Numbered from the stretch's first letter, positions 22,690 through 36,624 are shown. The stretch: DNA of 64,000 bases from Camelus dromedarius (GCF_036321535.1 NC_087436.1:97094001-97158000), one strand, 5' to 3'. Notes: a model not told the origin generated them from the letters alone. A program made the numbers and translations.

Positions 22690-24070
22690 TTCAAGCTATT
22701 GCTTGTGTATTTCTACCTCTCCACTTTGCTTCTCTGAATCCCTCCCCACTTTTTTTTTTCTTGATGTCAGAAGAAATTTCAAGGTTAACTATCTATTATA
22801 TGGGCAGCATTTTTAGGACAAAGGAAAAAAATGGAGCTAAACAGTATGTTCAAGCTACAGCACAAAGAAATGGAATTTTGTGATGTTTGTAGTAAAATCA
22901 ATTTCAGAAATACAAGAGAAAAATTGATGCAACAAGGTGAAAGCAATGATTTTACACTCAGTTGATGTATTTTGTCTGCTAATCCACTGGATTTCTCTTA
23001 ACATTGATTCTTCCTTAAGGAACTTTTTTCAATATAAAAATAAAATTGGATTTTTATGTTAGCAGTAGTAGAAACTACTAGATGTCCACAACTCTAAAAC
23101 ACAATCTATTTGGGGGTACATTAATATTTTCTATGCCATGAGAAAAAAATCACTATTAAACTATGACATAACATATTCATTTAGAATTTTATTGTGTATA
23201 TATAGGAAAATGCTCTTTGAGAATTATTTACACATAAATTTTTATCTAATATCACATGGCTCTCTTGCTTTGCCTTCTGCAAAGAAACCTAGTATACTCT
23301 TTTTGCAGACATTTCAAGTGACAATTAAAGTCAATATGTGTAGCACTGCCAATGCAAGTTACTTCAATGAAGTGATGACAGCATGAACAGTTATATCAAG
23401 TTCATAACCATGTAGGCAATGACAACTATGCTACGATTGCTGCCTGGCCCACAGCAGTTCATTTTAGGATGAATCCCCACTGAAGAAGTAGTAAAGTGTT
23501 AAAATATGTATATCAGTATCAATGAAACACTCTAATCCCTAGAGCCTAAATGAGTTTCTGAGATATTAGTTCTATAGAAGAATTTATCTTCACTTTTTCC
23601 TTGATATTATTTAATGGTTTCTGAAAAAAAACTTACATTTTAAAATATTTCCATAATACCATCAACTTTTGGTCAGTAACTGAATTGAGTAAGTATTTAC
23701 ACAGCTCTTTTGTCCACCTTACAATAGATAGCCACTAAGATACTCCCTTGGGGTGAGAATTTTTTTAAAAAACTTTCAAAGCAACTCTTAAAACTTGTAA
23801 CACTGTACCAAAAAGAGTCGACTTACTGAATGTAAGCATTTCAGTTTAATAAAACAAGCATTTATTTAAAGCTTTATGATAAGTAGTTCAGAGAATTCAA
23901 ATAGGAAGATTCCAAGTATCCATTATGCAAAGCAGACTGACAAGAGAACTCCAGTAGAGGGAAGGGTACTTCAGGAATACAAATAGAAATAAGAAAAATT
24001 TCTCAATATCCATAATTCAAAGCCCGCTGACAGATTTACTCCAATAGCAGTGAGAAAACAAAATAAAAGG
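22690..24070 (-). pseudogene. F: Paramyxovirus-like fusion protein F, F1 part (fusion peptide to HRB)
   Basis: AIGVNLSAGFELW at 24048-24010 (Nipah AIGI....QITAGVALY). QKL..KYF and SIELISQKL (measles QKL..RYY and SIQALSYAL). IVA*LSLPT (IVLSIAYPT). C-x9-C-x7-M at ~23315-23255. LEISSDI at 22783-22763 (HRB VDISSQI). No clear TM segment remains. Confidence 0.75.
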
Positions 24071-27000
24071 GGGGCAATGGGAAAATCCAAGAGAGAGTAT
24101 TGTATATGCCTGAATATAAGGTATATCCTTTTCCTCCCAAAATTAAGCATCAGAAAAAAAGTTCCTTGTGGTCAAAACTTTAAAAGTCTTCTCGGACGTG
24201 TCACAGCAGAATGCTTTAGGCATAGGCTTTGAATCCACATTAGTTGGGTTCAGATCCTTTCTTCCTTATTTACTACTTGTGAATTTTATATGGGATAATT
24301 TTTTTATGTCTCAGTTTCTTCACTGGCTTAAAAAAGAGATAATGATTGTAACTACCCCCCAGCCCTGTTGAGAGAATTGAGTTCGTAATGTGTCACAATG
24401 CCTGGTACATAGAATCTATGTATCACAGAACCCCTGCCTTCCTTCAGTACGTGCATTAATCTGAGCTGCTGCCAGCTGAGCTGCGGGGATGGGACGTCAG
24501 GGTGGCGGCGTAGCCTAAAACATCCCCAGTCAGTCTTAGCTTAGGATACAGACACAGACCATCTGATGAGATTGGTTTAAAAGAAGGTGAAGATATTTAA
24601 AACAGATTAAGCAATTATTTATAGGGATGTCACCTCACAATTTTAAGTACCCCATGTTAGGACAAGCGTCCTTTTAAAAACCATTCTAAAAACCAAAAAC
24701 TGGTGGAGACTATTAATGTACATGTTTGAGGTGAATGAGGAAAATCAACTTCTTAATATAAAGGAAGTGGGAACTTGTGATTTGTAATAAAATTCCCAGT
24801 GACAGAATTATAAATGGTTTCAGAAAATTAAGTACCTTCAAAAATTTAGACAGAAATGAAAATAATATGCTCTGAAAACCAAACCAAACCAAACATTGAT
24901 GATTCAAAATGCGGCTCTAGTGATGAACTCATTGATGTCAAACTTGCATGTTAAAATTTGAATAAAATTATTTTTAAAATATGAGTGGAAAAGGAAGTAT
25001 TTATATATTAATAAATGAGTTTACTTTTCTGAGTATCTGTTTATCTAAAATGATGAATTAAATATTATTAGTAGACATATGCCTATTTTATCTGCATCCC
25101 TAAAATTTTATGTTTGGTAAAGGTAATACTGGGTTTTCCTTTATAGAAAAATGGAGAGAGTACCTTAAATTCTGTTGTATAGATAACCCAGGTTACGAAA
25201 GATTTGGAAAGGCTTGAGAGGGAGATGTGATTTGAACCTAGTTTTGAACAATAATTAGAGAAAAGAGAATAGAATTAAATGTAATAAGAGACTACTATTT
25301 TCTGAGTGTCTTAGACATGTAATTACATTAAATGCTCATAGGTATTACTATTCCTTGTTTACAGATGGGGGAAATTGAGGCTCAGATAAGTTAACGACTT
25401 TGTTCAAAATGCCACGGCTTACACTGATCATTCATTTTGAGCACAGGCCTTTGCAATTCCAGCACTGTGAGCTTTCCCTAATAGTCAAACTGCAGAGGAT
25501 GGGTCCTGGAGAAGACTGGGTTGGAATTCTCTCTGCCTTATGGAATATCTGGTATAAATTAATTAACCTCTTTAAGTTTCTTCTAGTGGGGATAATAACA
25601 CTTTCTGTTCAAGGAGCTGTTGAGATAATTAAATGAGCTTTCGCAAGTAAAGTGCTGGGAATAGCAACTGGCACAAAAATTCTTTATGGGTGTTAGCCTG
25701 GATGATGTAAGGAAAAGGGGAAGGAGGCAAAGGAGGGAGGGGAGGAGGAGGGAAGGATGGCTTTCACTCTCAAATTGCATGGTCCATAAGCAGAGTGCAT
25801 TCTGGGTAGGAGAGATGGGAGGAGCAAACGTTAAGTCTGGCAGGGACAGAGCTATCTCTGCTCTCCTACAAAAAAATGGAGGAAATGGGGTGGGAGTGGG
25901 TCATTTTGGAATAAATCTAAATATATATTTGGAGTAAATCATATATGGAAAATAACTGGGAATGCATACTTTAATAGACTTGGCAGTAAACAGATTTTCA
26001 TACGTCAATTCTTAAAACTATTTTTCCTGTCTACTTTTCTCCCTGAATGCCTCACTCTGAGTGATGCTAAATAATGTGTAGCCTATGAATACAGCCAAGA
26101 TGTGTTCAATTTATCCACTATTTGCAACTTAATCTCTTTTAGTCTCAGTTAAGCCTATGTTTATAAAATTGGGGAAAAAAATTCCACCTCAGAGTTGCTG
26201 TATATATACAACATATAATACATGTTAGGTGTTTGGCTAGAACTTGGTATGATTAATGAACAATTAATAAAAGGTAGTCTTTGCCATATTTCCTCAGAAT
26301 CTTTTATTTTCCTTCATATGTTAAGGTACTTAAAACCGGAATACATTTTATAACCAATGTATAGTTTCAATGAGGGAGCATTGTTTTTCTTTTGTTTCTC
26401 AGAGCTATTTTATTAAATCATCGGTATGTCTTACAGCTCTTAACATTATTTCCCCTCAGAGAAGACTGAAAATTCTGGGGTTGTATTGTATTTGCTAACC
26501 ACTGTATTTTCAAACTATCAAAAAATAAATTTTCAATACACTTTTAAACAATAAATGAATAATAATCAATGAACTAAGATATTGTTGCAAAGAGGCACAA
26601 AGCCCAATTATTTTATAACATCTACCAAGAGAAGTAACTTGAGGACTTAGTGTTCAAGTAACAATGCTTGGCGTTCTGAGGCAGACCATAACTGATGTAA
26701 GAATTTTTTGTTTATTTATAACCCACCTTGTTCAGAAAAGGATTTAAGATGGCTTACAAAGATAAAAATAAATGACAAGTATGTGAGAACTTTGAGGGAG
26801 AGGGGAAAAAAAAACCCCACAAAGAGTATGGGCTTAATATGAAACCAAGAAAGAGCCACATAAATACAATTCTACAGGAATCCAAAGAAAAGATCATTCT
26901 TGAGGTCCGGGAAATATCAAGAAAACTTTCCTGGTGGAAACAGGGCTTGCTATAAAGTATTTAGCTCAAAAAAAACTGGAAATTTGGTGTCTCTGGAGAG

Positions 27001-27889
27001 TGCCAGCCACAGCTGTCACAGAGTCTGCCCGGGGCTGGAGGGTGCTTTTTCACGGGCAGGTTTTTTGGTGAAGATGATACCTCCCAAGGGCCTGGGATCC
27101 TGGGAAGCCTCCCACACTCTGGACTTCACCAATTACCTCATTTTCATAATAAGCTCAGCAGTTTCCCTAATTGCTTTACTTCTATCAACAGGTACTGGGG
27201 AAAGATAAGGACGTTTCATCTTTCAAGGGAGAGAATTCCAAATACAGTCGGTAAAAAGATGTTAATTAAAAAAATAAAAATAAGGAGTTGGTCCTTGAAT
27301 TCTCTTGCAAACAAGTCGGTTTTCTGGACACTTAGGTATATGGGGGCGCACTAGGGCTTTTCTTTATGGATCCCCGTATTTTCTTGCTGCCTTACTGTTA
27401 CCTGTCAAGGTGCAAGTCCAAGAGGAGATGTCTTTCCCAGATCTAACAATCTCCGGTGCCCAGAGGACTAGAGCAGGGTTAGCCCTCCTCTCCGAGGGGT
27501 GGGGGCGGGGTGGGGGCGGAGACAAGAAAAGGGAATTTAAAAAAATCTGTGAGGAGGTTGTATTGCTCAGGGGAGAGAGTTAAGATCTAAATTGAAAACC
27601 ACCTCCATCCCTTAAAGCTGTGTCCCCTTGGGCAAGTTGCTGTACCCCACGGACTCCTCAACTGGAAAGTGCGAATATTAATCCCTTCTTCAAAGAGACT
27701 ACATAAAGGAGGATTCGATATAATGGGTTCAGCCTAATCAGCACGGGGCTTGATAAATAGATTTCCGAGTTCATTGAATGCAACTTTACGCAGAAGCAGC
27801 CTGGGAAAACCAGCGTCCTAGATGAGTCTTAAGTTTGGGAAACGCTGAGGTAACAGGGAAAGTACTTAGTAGAGTAATACTAATCATCA

Positions 27890-28740
27890 GTGGTGGTGAG
27901 GTTCCGCCCATTTGACACCCCCCCCCCCCCCCAATCAGAGCGCACCGACCGACCAACTGGCCAGTGGGAGTCGGGGAAGGGTCACGGGCATCTCGGTCCC
28001 GGGAGGGCCATGCCCTCGCCGCTCAGGCCTTCGGGACGCGCCCTCTCAGCTCCTCCAACCCCGCCGGCCAGGGAGCCCCGGGGCCGAGGTGCGCCAGGTG
28101 GCGAGGGTGCCAGGCGCGGCCGAGTCGCGGCAGACTGAGTCAGCCGCCCAACTATGCTGCGGAACCAGGGCGGCCGGCCCGGCTGCCCCCGCAGCTGAGC
28201 GGCGCTGCCCCCGAGCCGGGCGCCTCTCCCCGCCCCCGCAGGCCGGGAGGAAGCGGCCGAGGCGCCTCGCGGGAGCACCTGGGGTGGGCGCGGGTCGCGG
28301 GCGCGGCGCTTCCGGAGCTGCGCGCCGGCCCGCGCTCCCCGCCTCCAGGTGCGGCGGCCGCGGCGCGCCGCCCGAGTGACAGCGCCGCCAGCGCGGCCGC
28401 CGCCTGGCAGCAGACGCGGTGCGGGCAGCCGGCGGGGACCGGGCAGCAGAGGCCCCGCGCCTGGAACGGACGCGTGAGGACCGAGCGAGCCGGGCCAGGG
28501 GAGACGCCGGCGCCCGGGATCCCCTGCACGCCTTGCCGCGCCTCTCCAGCTCCGCTGCCCGCGCGTGGGGCGAGTCCCGGAGGCCGCGGTGGGCTGGGCG
28601 GCGGGGCCGGGCGGGAGGACCGTCTGAGGCCGGGCCGGGGCTTTCCGGCACCTTTCCGGGTACATTTCCAGCGCGCAAAGTGTTCGGCTCCTGTTTCTGC
28701 CCCTTGGATTTCGCTCTCGCGTGTGGGCGTCTAAAAGGAA
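27890..28740 (+). promoter_or_regulatory. ARAP2: CpG island: ARAP2 promoter and non-coding first exon
   Basis: Very GC- and CpG-rich block; CCAAT box at 27931; GC boxes at ~27500-27520 and 27905. Candidate donors CAG/gtgcgg (28348) and GGG/gtaagt (28751); the exact exon 1 limits cannot be resolved. Confidence 0.85.
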
Positions 28741-31700
28741 ACCAGAAGGGGGTAAGTAATACAAAAACTCCAATTACTAATGGGATTTGGCTTAGCGGGT
28801 GACAATCCGGGTAGACAACTAGACTCTCCTCCTGGAAAAGGAGCTGCCCTTTAGGGAGTTTCAGGCACCAAGTTATTTATTCTGTAGTGATAATGAGTTT
28901 GCTGGGGTTTCTGTGCTCCCCCGCACCCTGCTCGTTATACACTTTGAGACGGCAGGCCTGTTAATTAACTTTAATTACAATCATTTGGCCTCCGCCTGCC
29001 CGAACCCAACCTCATACTCCTGGACCTGTCGACAGTGAGTTTACCAGATTGATCTTTTGGAGACAGGTCTCCAGGGAGAAAGGATACCCATATCATTAAG
29101 TAAAGTAAGTTCATCCTGGCTTGTTTTCTTAAACGTTTCCCTGACCTCCTTGCGGCCATCTGGGGTAATTTTGATTTGGGGGAAGGCATCGTGAAATTAT
29201 ATTGTGAACTATATAACCTTTGATAATTAGAGGGAAATTAGAAACTAGTTTGTGTGGAATGACATTTTCGACTTTTGAACGTTTGTATGGTGATAACAAC
29301 ATTTTTCTTTGTGCAAGGTTGTCCTTGAAGTAGGCTTATATCCTTTTAGTTAAGAAAAATGTATTGAAAAATAAGCTATTTTTAAGAGTACATTTAATCG
29401 GATGTCATTGTGATTACCAATAATAGTGTTGTACTTACAAGCTCAGTATTGATTTCTCCCGCACTTAAGCGCTAGTTTATGGAACATTGCCCGAAAGTAA
29501 TTGGAAGATGAAATTATGGCTGTTTTAAAAAGGAAGCTAACTTTTTCAAGGGGGGAAAAATAGACAAATACTTTTAAACTCTTAGTTGTAACTTTAATGC
29601 ACTTATAGAGAAATATTGAGGGGGAAATTCTCATGACATTACACTATTTAGCAATGTTTAAAAAAAAGAGGAAAAAGTAAAACGGGTCATGGAACTAGGC
29701 TAGAGCCTCAAGTGGAAATATCTCCCTGGCTCCTTTTCAAACATATATTTAACACATAAACACTCAAGGTGGGTCTTAACACCAAGGGTGTTTTATATAG
29801 ACTTGACTTGTCAGTACCGTCAGATTTATTTAAATGGAAATGTACCTAGAGGGAAAGTCAAATGACTTGTTAAAACTTATTTATGTGGGCGTGCATGTGT
29901 TTGTAGTTTTTCCTTCCTCTGGAAGCCTGTCAGATTTTATATGGATTGTCCATGGAAGGGGAAGGTGAGGGTACATTTAAAAACAAGCATATATATATTT
30001 TTTCATTTTTCCTGTGTCTTTTGAATATGAAAAAAATTGATTGAATGAAAGATTTATTAAATTCTAGTGGTTTACAATTTTCAAAAGTTTCACACATTTG
30101 ATTTCATATAATCCCACGAGTCTTTTCACACCCCTTACCGATATACTGCCCCTTCCCCCTTCCCACTGGTAACCACTAGTTCTCTGTATCTGTGAGTCTG
30201 CTTCTAAAAACAAATTCTTTTTTTTTAATACAAATTCTTAATCATCTAATTTCACTACAAGTTTCTAGCAGTGTGAGGCTCATAGATACTCAGTGAGTAC
30301 TTTACAATTCAACTACTTAGTTACTGTGGTTAAGTATAGGGCTCAGATTATAAAGAATTGCAATGTTCTTGGAAACTCTTAACATTAGTGTCATAAGACT
30401 GTAAAAATTTTAAAATTCTCTTAGGACTCTGGGTTATAAACTTCATGGTATTCAAGAAGTTATTTCTTTTTGTTTTGTTACTTTCTACCCCACCTCCTTG
30501 CAACTTTGAGAAAGGCTGGTGAAAGATAATATAAAAATGCTACCTCTAAATGACAGCCATTGCTTTTAACAAGTGGTTCTTTTAACAAGTTTTTCCCCCC
30601 TTCACTTGTTGACTCATTGAGTCCAATCTTTGTACTTTCTAAAATGAGGGATTTCTGGAGTTTTCTGTAAAATTAAGTTAAGAACTTCTTCTTAATATTG
30701 GAAATAATTCTTAGCTTAGACCAAATGTGACTGATGAGAGATTAGAGGCTATAAGATGTCTTCTTAATCTTTTCTGTGAAGGCCTGGACCACTGTAGTTT
30801 ATCATTTTAAGTTGAAGTATTATAAGTCAGACTAAATTCATATTGTAGTGGCACCATTTTGCCTACTTATTTCCTTAATTGAGATAATAGTTGATGGTAC
30901 TTTCTTTATATGATCCTTGCTAGTTAGAAATTTGACCTGTGAAATTTTGTTGAAGTTTCGACTCAGCATAACTTACTTCCTTACCCAGCCTATGGAGGGA
31001 ACAGAGGAGCCCTGACTAGGGTGGAGTAGTCATTTTGAGCAACTTCAGGGTAACAACTACTAGTGAAGAGTGGGGAGAATTATTTTTCTGCCTCATATCA
31101 TTTGTGCACAAGGGGGCTGGGCGCTGAGGGGATACTCAGGGAAGGACTCAGAAGACTGTGTGTCTTCCCACATGGTTCTCACAAAGTAGAATGCAAAAAC
31201 AAAAAAGACTTCTGGTTCCATCACGTAGCTTTAGGAAGAGGACAGAATGGTTCAATCAGTTTGGAGTTGGAGAGGTGATCAGGGGAAAGTACAAGAGAAA
31301 TGTGATCTCCCTGTCTCCATGCTGTTTATCGGGTGATGGGCTCCTGGGGGTGGTCATGGTGAGAGTAGTTGCTAAGACACTTGCATAGCATCTGATGAGA
31401 GTATCTTAAGTTCAGAATCCTTAGCCTGGCCCCTCCATAGCCAATTCCAGCTTCCTTTTTTGTCATCACCTTTTGTTACCCATCTAGCCCGAGGTCCATC
31501 CCAGCTCTTCTCATCTCCTTGATTGCCTGGAGACGTCTTCTCCCTCGTTGCCCCCTGAGTGGCATTCCTTCGACTTTAGGTGCAGCTGTCAGTGCTTGCT
31601 GCATTCTTTCCTATACATCGTGAAACTCCCCTCCACACTCCTTCACCGCTCTCTCCATCCTCAGAGGTCTCAATTTCTGCATGTTTCACTTATATTCATG

Positions 31701-34149
31701 GAGTTGATTTGAGATACTTAAGAGTTCCTTGGCACTCATGAAAGATGATGGTGCTACTTCTCTATGTGAGTAAGTGTAAAACAGTACTTCAAGTGTGAAT
31801 TATGTGAAAGTCAAGGTCACAAAACTTGGTTTGTCTCATCATTACTCTTTCAGTGCTTTTATTGGGTACATTTGAGTCTTCCAGCTTTGGTATTCCTCTT
31901 TATTGGCACTTACTGACTAGTGAAGAACTGACCATATGCATGTCATTGTCCCTTGCTTACAGTCATGTCTAACCTGCCCCTTCAGATTTTAAACTCAGAG
32001 GACATTGCGTGTTCACTTTCTTTATAGCACTTAGCACTGTTCTCAAATAAGATAATAGGTGTTATCTTGACTTGCAAATATTTCTCAGTGTTATCGTGGG
32101 GAGAGTAGTTAGTGTTCCTTAAATATTTACTGAATGAATAAATGTAAATAAATGAGTCAATAAGTTGGGAGACATTTGCTGAGATACCCTCCATCTAAGG
32201 AAAGGAGACTTTAATGATTACAGAACCAATAGGAATAAGCCCTCAAATTCAGTTGGAAAAGAGGTCAGGGTGCTATTTATAAGTGCAGAGAGAGGAAACC
32301 ATTCACAGTGGGCTATTTTGAAACATCTGGTTGTCAGTCTAAAAATGTGGCTCAAAGTCAAAGAAATAGTGGAGTATACATTTGTATTAAAAATTTAAAA
32401 TCGATAGATATATATAAATGCACATATCATAAGTGTACATTTTAAAATCTTATTGTTGAAGTGTAGTATCATGCTAATTTTGACCTCAGTCAATTAAACA
32501 TTAAAACTGTTCAGTGTAGCATGAAATGGAACAGAATTCTATTGTATCAAGAATTCTAAAGGGCCTGGTTTTCTTTTCAGCTGTCAGAATACAGATGTGG
32601 CTAAATGGTGGGGAGGACTAGGAGGGGGCTGGCCCAGAGGGAGGGAGCAGAAGCAGCCGCCCAGGTTTTAGGGGCTCCCCAGCAGGAGTCCCCCATGGTG
32701 ATGCAGGCTGTGGCTTGTGATGCCATTTCATTATCCCCACTCCTGCTCTTGTAGGAATCCGGGAAGATGGAATCTTTCTCTGGTTGCCCAAGAATTATGG
32801 CTCCACTTGAAAGGTCTCTGAATTAGAACTGAAAATGAGTCCCAAACATTAGCCACTTAACTTAAAATCTGGATGGACAGTTTGAAAGAGAAAAGACTAA
32901 CTGAAGCTAAGGCGATTTTTCAAGCCACATAACTGTTGGGGTGTCATCCAAGACACCTAACCCAGCTGTAACACTAGTAATAACTTCTCATAATAAGTAA
33001 AGGAATGATCACTACTGGCCTTCACTGGACCTGGAGGTGGATAGCAAGTTCTAGATTTTGAAAGAGTTGTGTTTTTCAGATTGCACAGCAAGTAAAATAA
33101 TCAAAACATAACTTAGAATGATCTTCTCTCCTTGATCCGAGGGGTGGAATGCTTTTGCCCAGAGCCTGTCTATTTTCAGCTCAAACTTCAGTTATTCTTC
33201 ATCCAGCAGACATTAATTAAATGCTTATTGCTTGCCAAGAACTAAGATCTTTATGCATATTTACTCATTTCATCTTCTAAACAGTCCTGTGAGGTAGGCA
33301 TTCTTGCCATCACTGCTTACAGATGGCAGTGGTGCAGCTCAGAAAAATGAAAGAACTCTCCCAGGTTTATGCAGGTACAATACAGCAGAGCTGGGATGAC
33401 TGGTACTCACTGTGCTGTGTCCCAGGTCTAAAGTCTTCAGGTAAAAAATCATTCTTGCTACTCTAACCACATCTAAATTTTACTAAGCTGCTAAAACTAT
33501 GTTTACTGCTGCGTTTGGTGCTTTGTAGGTTTATGAGAAGAATAATTTACATCGCCTGTTTAAAGGAATGTAACTTTATTAGGCAGTCAGGAGAATGCCA
33601 GTCACACCAAGTGCAGTAATACAGTATGAATGGGACCAAGTACAACATGGTATGCAGCAGACGAATTAATAATCAGCAAGTGTTTTTTTACACTTCAGTT
33701 CATGTCAGGTACATGCATATTTATTCATTTCATCCTCCAAGCAGTCCTGTGAGGTAGGCATTCTAAATACCTTATATATTTTACTTGTTTAATTCGAACA
33801 GAAATCTTATCAGATATGTTATCCTCATTTTACAGAGTTGGAAACTGAGCTTCAGGGAAGTTAACGTCAGGTACACAGTGAACAGGTGGGAAAGGATGGG
33901 TTGGAATTCAGGCAGCCTGGCTCTAGAGCACTGTGCTTTGTGTACTGCTGCCTGGGTAGGAAGTAATGAGGTGTGGAAGAGGGGGAGACTCAGGGATGTG
34001 GTGGTAGACATCTGTAGGACTAGAATTGGCCCCTCAAGGAGAGAAAAAGTTCAGGTATATACAGGAATTCAGTTCTAATAAAAGCCTAGAAGCCAGCCCA
34101 AATCTTCTAGTCTATCCTGTCTCCTCCTTAGTGCAGGAAAAATGCACAT

Positions 34150-34562
34150 AGCATAAACTTGCTGTCTTTACTATTTTTAAGTGTACAGTTCGGTGGTGTT
34201 GAGTGTATGTACATTGTTGTGAAACAGATCTCCAGAACTTTTTCATCTTGCAGAACTGAAATTCTGTACCGGTTAAATAACTGTCCCCTGTCCCTCTATT
34301 CCCTGTCCCCTGCCCCTCACAACCATCATCCTATGTTCTATTTCTGTGAATTTGATGACTTTAGATAGCTCATATAAGCAGAGTCAGACAGTATTTGCTC
34401 TTTTGTGAGTGGCTCATTTCATTTAGCATAATGTCCTCAAGGTTCATCCCTGTTGCAGCATATTACAGTAAGTCCTTCCTTTTGAAGGCTGCATGGTAGT
34501 CAGTTTTGTGAATATATTACCTTTTTTAATCCCTTCATTCATCAATGAACATTTGGGTTGCT
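34150..34562 (-). mobile_element. L1M 3' UTR fragment
   Basis: Typical antisense L1MA/MB 3'-UTR text (ttttaagtgtacagttc...tttcatttagcataatgtcctcaaggttcatcc). Confidence 0.85.
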
Positions 34563-36624
34563 GTTACTCTGTTTCCTTTTGTGTCACATTTAAACTTAAA
34601 CCTTTAAGACCATGATCAAGTACCTTTTGAAGCAATACATCAATACCATCTATTCTAATCAAGCTGTGTTTTTGTTTGTTTGTTTGCTTTAAACCATCAC
34701 CATTGACTGCTCTGGTGGGCAATAAATACTTTCATCGTATATGACTCTGGTTTCATACTGTTGTAGTATATCAGTTGTTTTAAGAAACTAAATTCTGTAT
34801 TACCATTCTTTATACAGGAATTTCACTAATGTTCTCCTTTAATTTATCATTGGCTCTTAAATCTCAAGCAAATAAATGTAAATGACTGTAGGCTTCCGAA
34901 TTTACCCACATGCATGGACACATAGACTCACAGACTGAAAAGGTTTGTAGACTCTAGTTGGCAAGGCACAGGATACTTAAGCAGCATTTCCCTAGTGACT
35001 CTAAGTGCTTGTGCCCAGCTCGGCAGTCAAATGAGAGGGAGAGTGTGAGACCCTTGATGCCCTTCTACTGTTAAATCAGTTGGGTAGCTAGTAGGAGGCG
35101 TCACAGTTAACAGCACCAACTGCGGAGTCCTACTCTTAGAATTACGGAATTTATCCACTGTTTATCTGCTGTGTGACTTTGGGCATGGGGCTTGCTTCCC
35201 TCCCAAGACAGCTGTGAGGATTAAATGAGATCCTACACAGATGGTTTGTGAACACTTTGCAAATATAGGCTATTACTATTAGCAATATAAGTCTGAGGGT
35301 GCATAAGAAAGGACGGATGTGTTTTGATGGGTGGGAGAGAGAGTGGCCAAGGTAGAGGGCATGAGGGAGAGGAGGGCAGAGCCTGTGGGTGACTGTGGCT
35401 CTGGGAGATGGCCAGGTTGAGGGAACTGGGCTTCCTGTGTGGGGTTTGATGGGGGGAGTGTTGCCACAAGCTAAGGTAGGTGACTGATGGTAGAGGAGAG
35501 AGGTGCTAAATTACCAATTTCACCCCGTTCTGGGGCAGTAGGGTTCTTGACCTCTGACCTTCGGTAGTCTGCTCTACCCTATGGGATGGGCTATTATGAC
35601 AGCAAGCATGTTTTCTCAAAACCACTTCCTCTTCTGCATGGTTGTGGGGTGTAAAGTGAAACTATTTGTCTTCATGAATGTGTGGAGTTAATATCTTGGT
35701 GTTTAACAGCGAGTTTGCTTGATATGCAAATACAGTGATACCGATTTCTCGTGACTATTCTGTACTGAAGCAAAGGTGGAATTCTCTAAGACCTGTAGCC
35801 TAAACTAACTGGTTTGGCATGTCATTTACATGGAGCTCTCTGAGTTTTTAAGAGATTAGCTATTTCTCCACATTAGTAACGTGAAGTCGAGGACACTTCT
35901 TTTAGTCACCTATGGTGCCAGGTGTCCTATGGGGATAGCGGATTAGTTGTAGAGATTTGGAGGGATAAAAATTGTACCTGAGGTTTCTACTTTGGGTGAT
36001 ACTGTAGGATGTTATAATGGTGCCACTCAGTCATTATGACCAGCAAAAGCAGTTTCTCACACATTTCTGGGTTTCCCCCTAGGAGATCCACTCAGTTGGG
36101 GGGCTCCTGTTCTGGAACACAATAAATTTTCCTTGTTAGAGTCTGTAAGACTTGTACTGATAACATTGAAAAGTTTCACTCCTCATGTGCAGCCTAACTT
36201 CTTTCTATTTGGTACATACTTGTCTAAGGTTCCTTTCAGTCCTGTGATCCTGTGATTGTTAAGCCTATTATTTCGACACATTCGCAGGTTTCTAAAAACT
36301 CTAAGGTTATTATGTTTCTGATTTTAAAATGGTGTGCTTTAAAAAAAAAATGGGTTAGACTGGCGAGTGAGTTCAATTGTACTATGCTACTTTTCCCTCC
36401 CATAAGATATTAAAATCAAGCAAAGGTAATTCCAGAAGTTGCCTGCACTGAATACTTAATAACCTTATGGTTTAATGAAGTGACTCCAGGTTTTCGGTTG
36501 TTTTCTTTCCTAGTTCAACTAGTGAGTAAGACAGAGTTCTGCTAGTAATGGGTGGAGGGTGGGTGTTTTTTTGTTTTTTTGTTTAACTTGAGGCATTAGG
36601 AGGAGGAAGGCTGTCCCAACTCGT

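Larger units (their letters stand above)
2387..24070. other. Endogenous paramyxovirus-like element (non-retroviral EVE): scrambled, near-complete N-P/V/C-M-F-H-L gene set
   Basis: Dozens of decayed but in-register matches to Orthoparamyxovirinae proteins, at the expected spacing, on both strands (see the individual segments). Non-repeat sequence sums to very roughly 15 kb, a typical paramyxovirus genome size. Confidence 0.88.

Noticed and set aside
27890..28802. Long overlapping ORFs (up to 263 aa) on both strands
   Set aside because: Artefact of stop-poor, GC-rich CpG-island sequence; low-complexity Ala/Arg/Gly/Pro translations.
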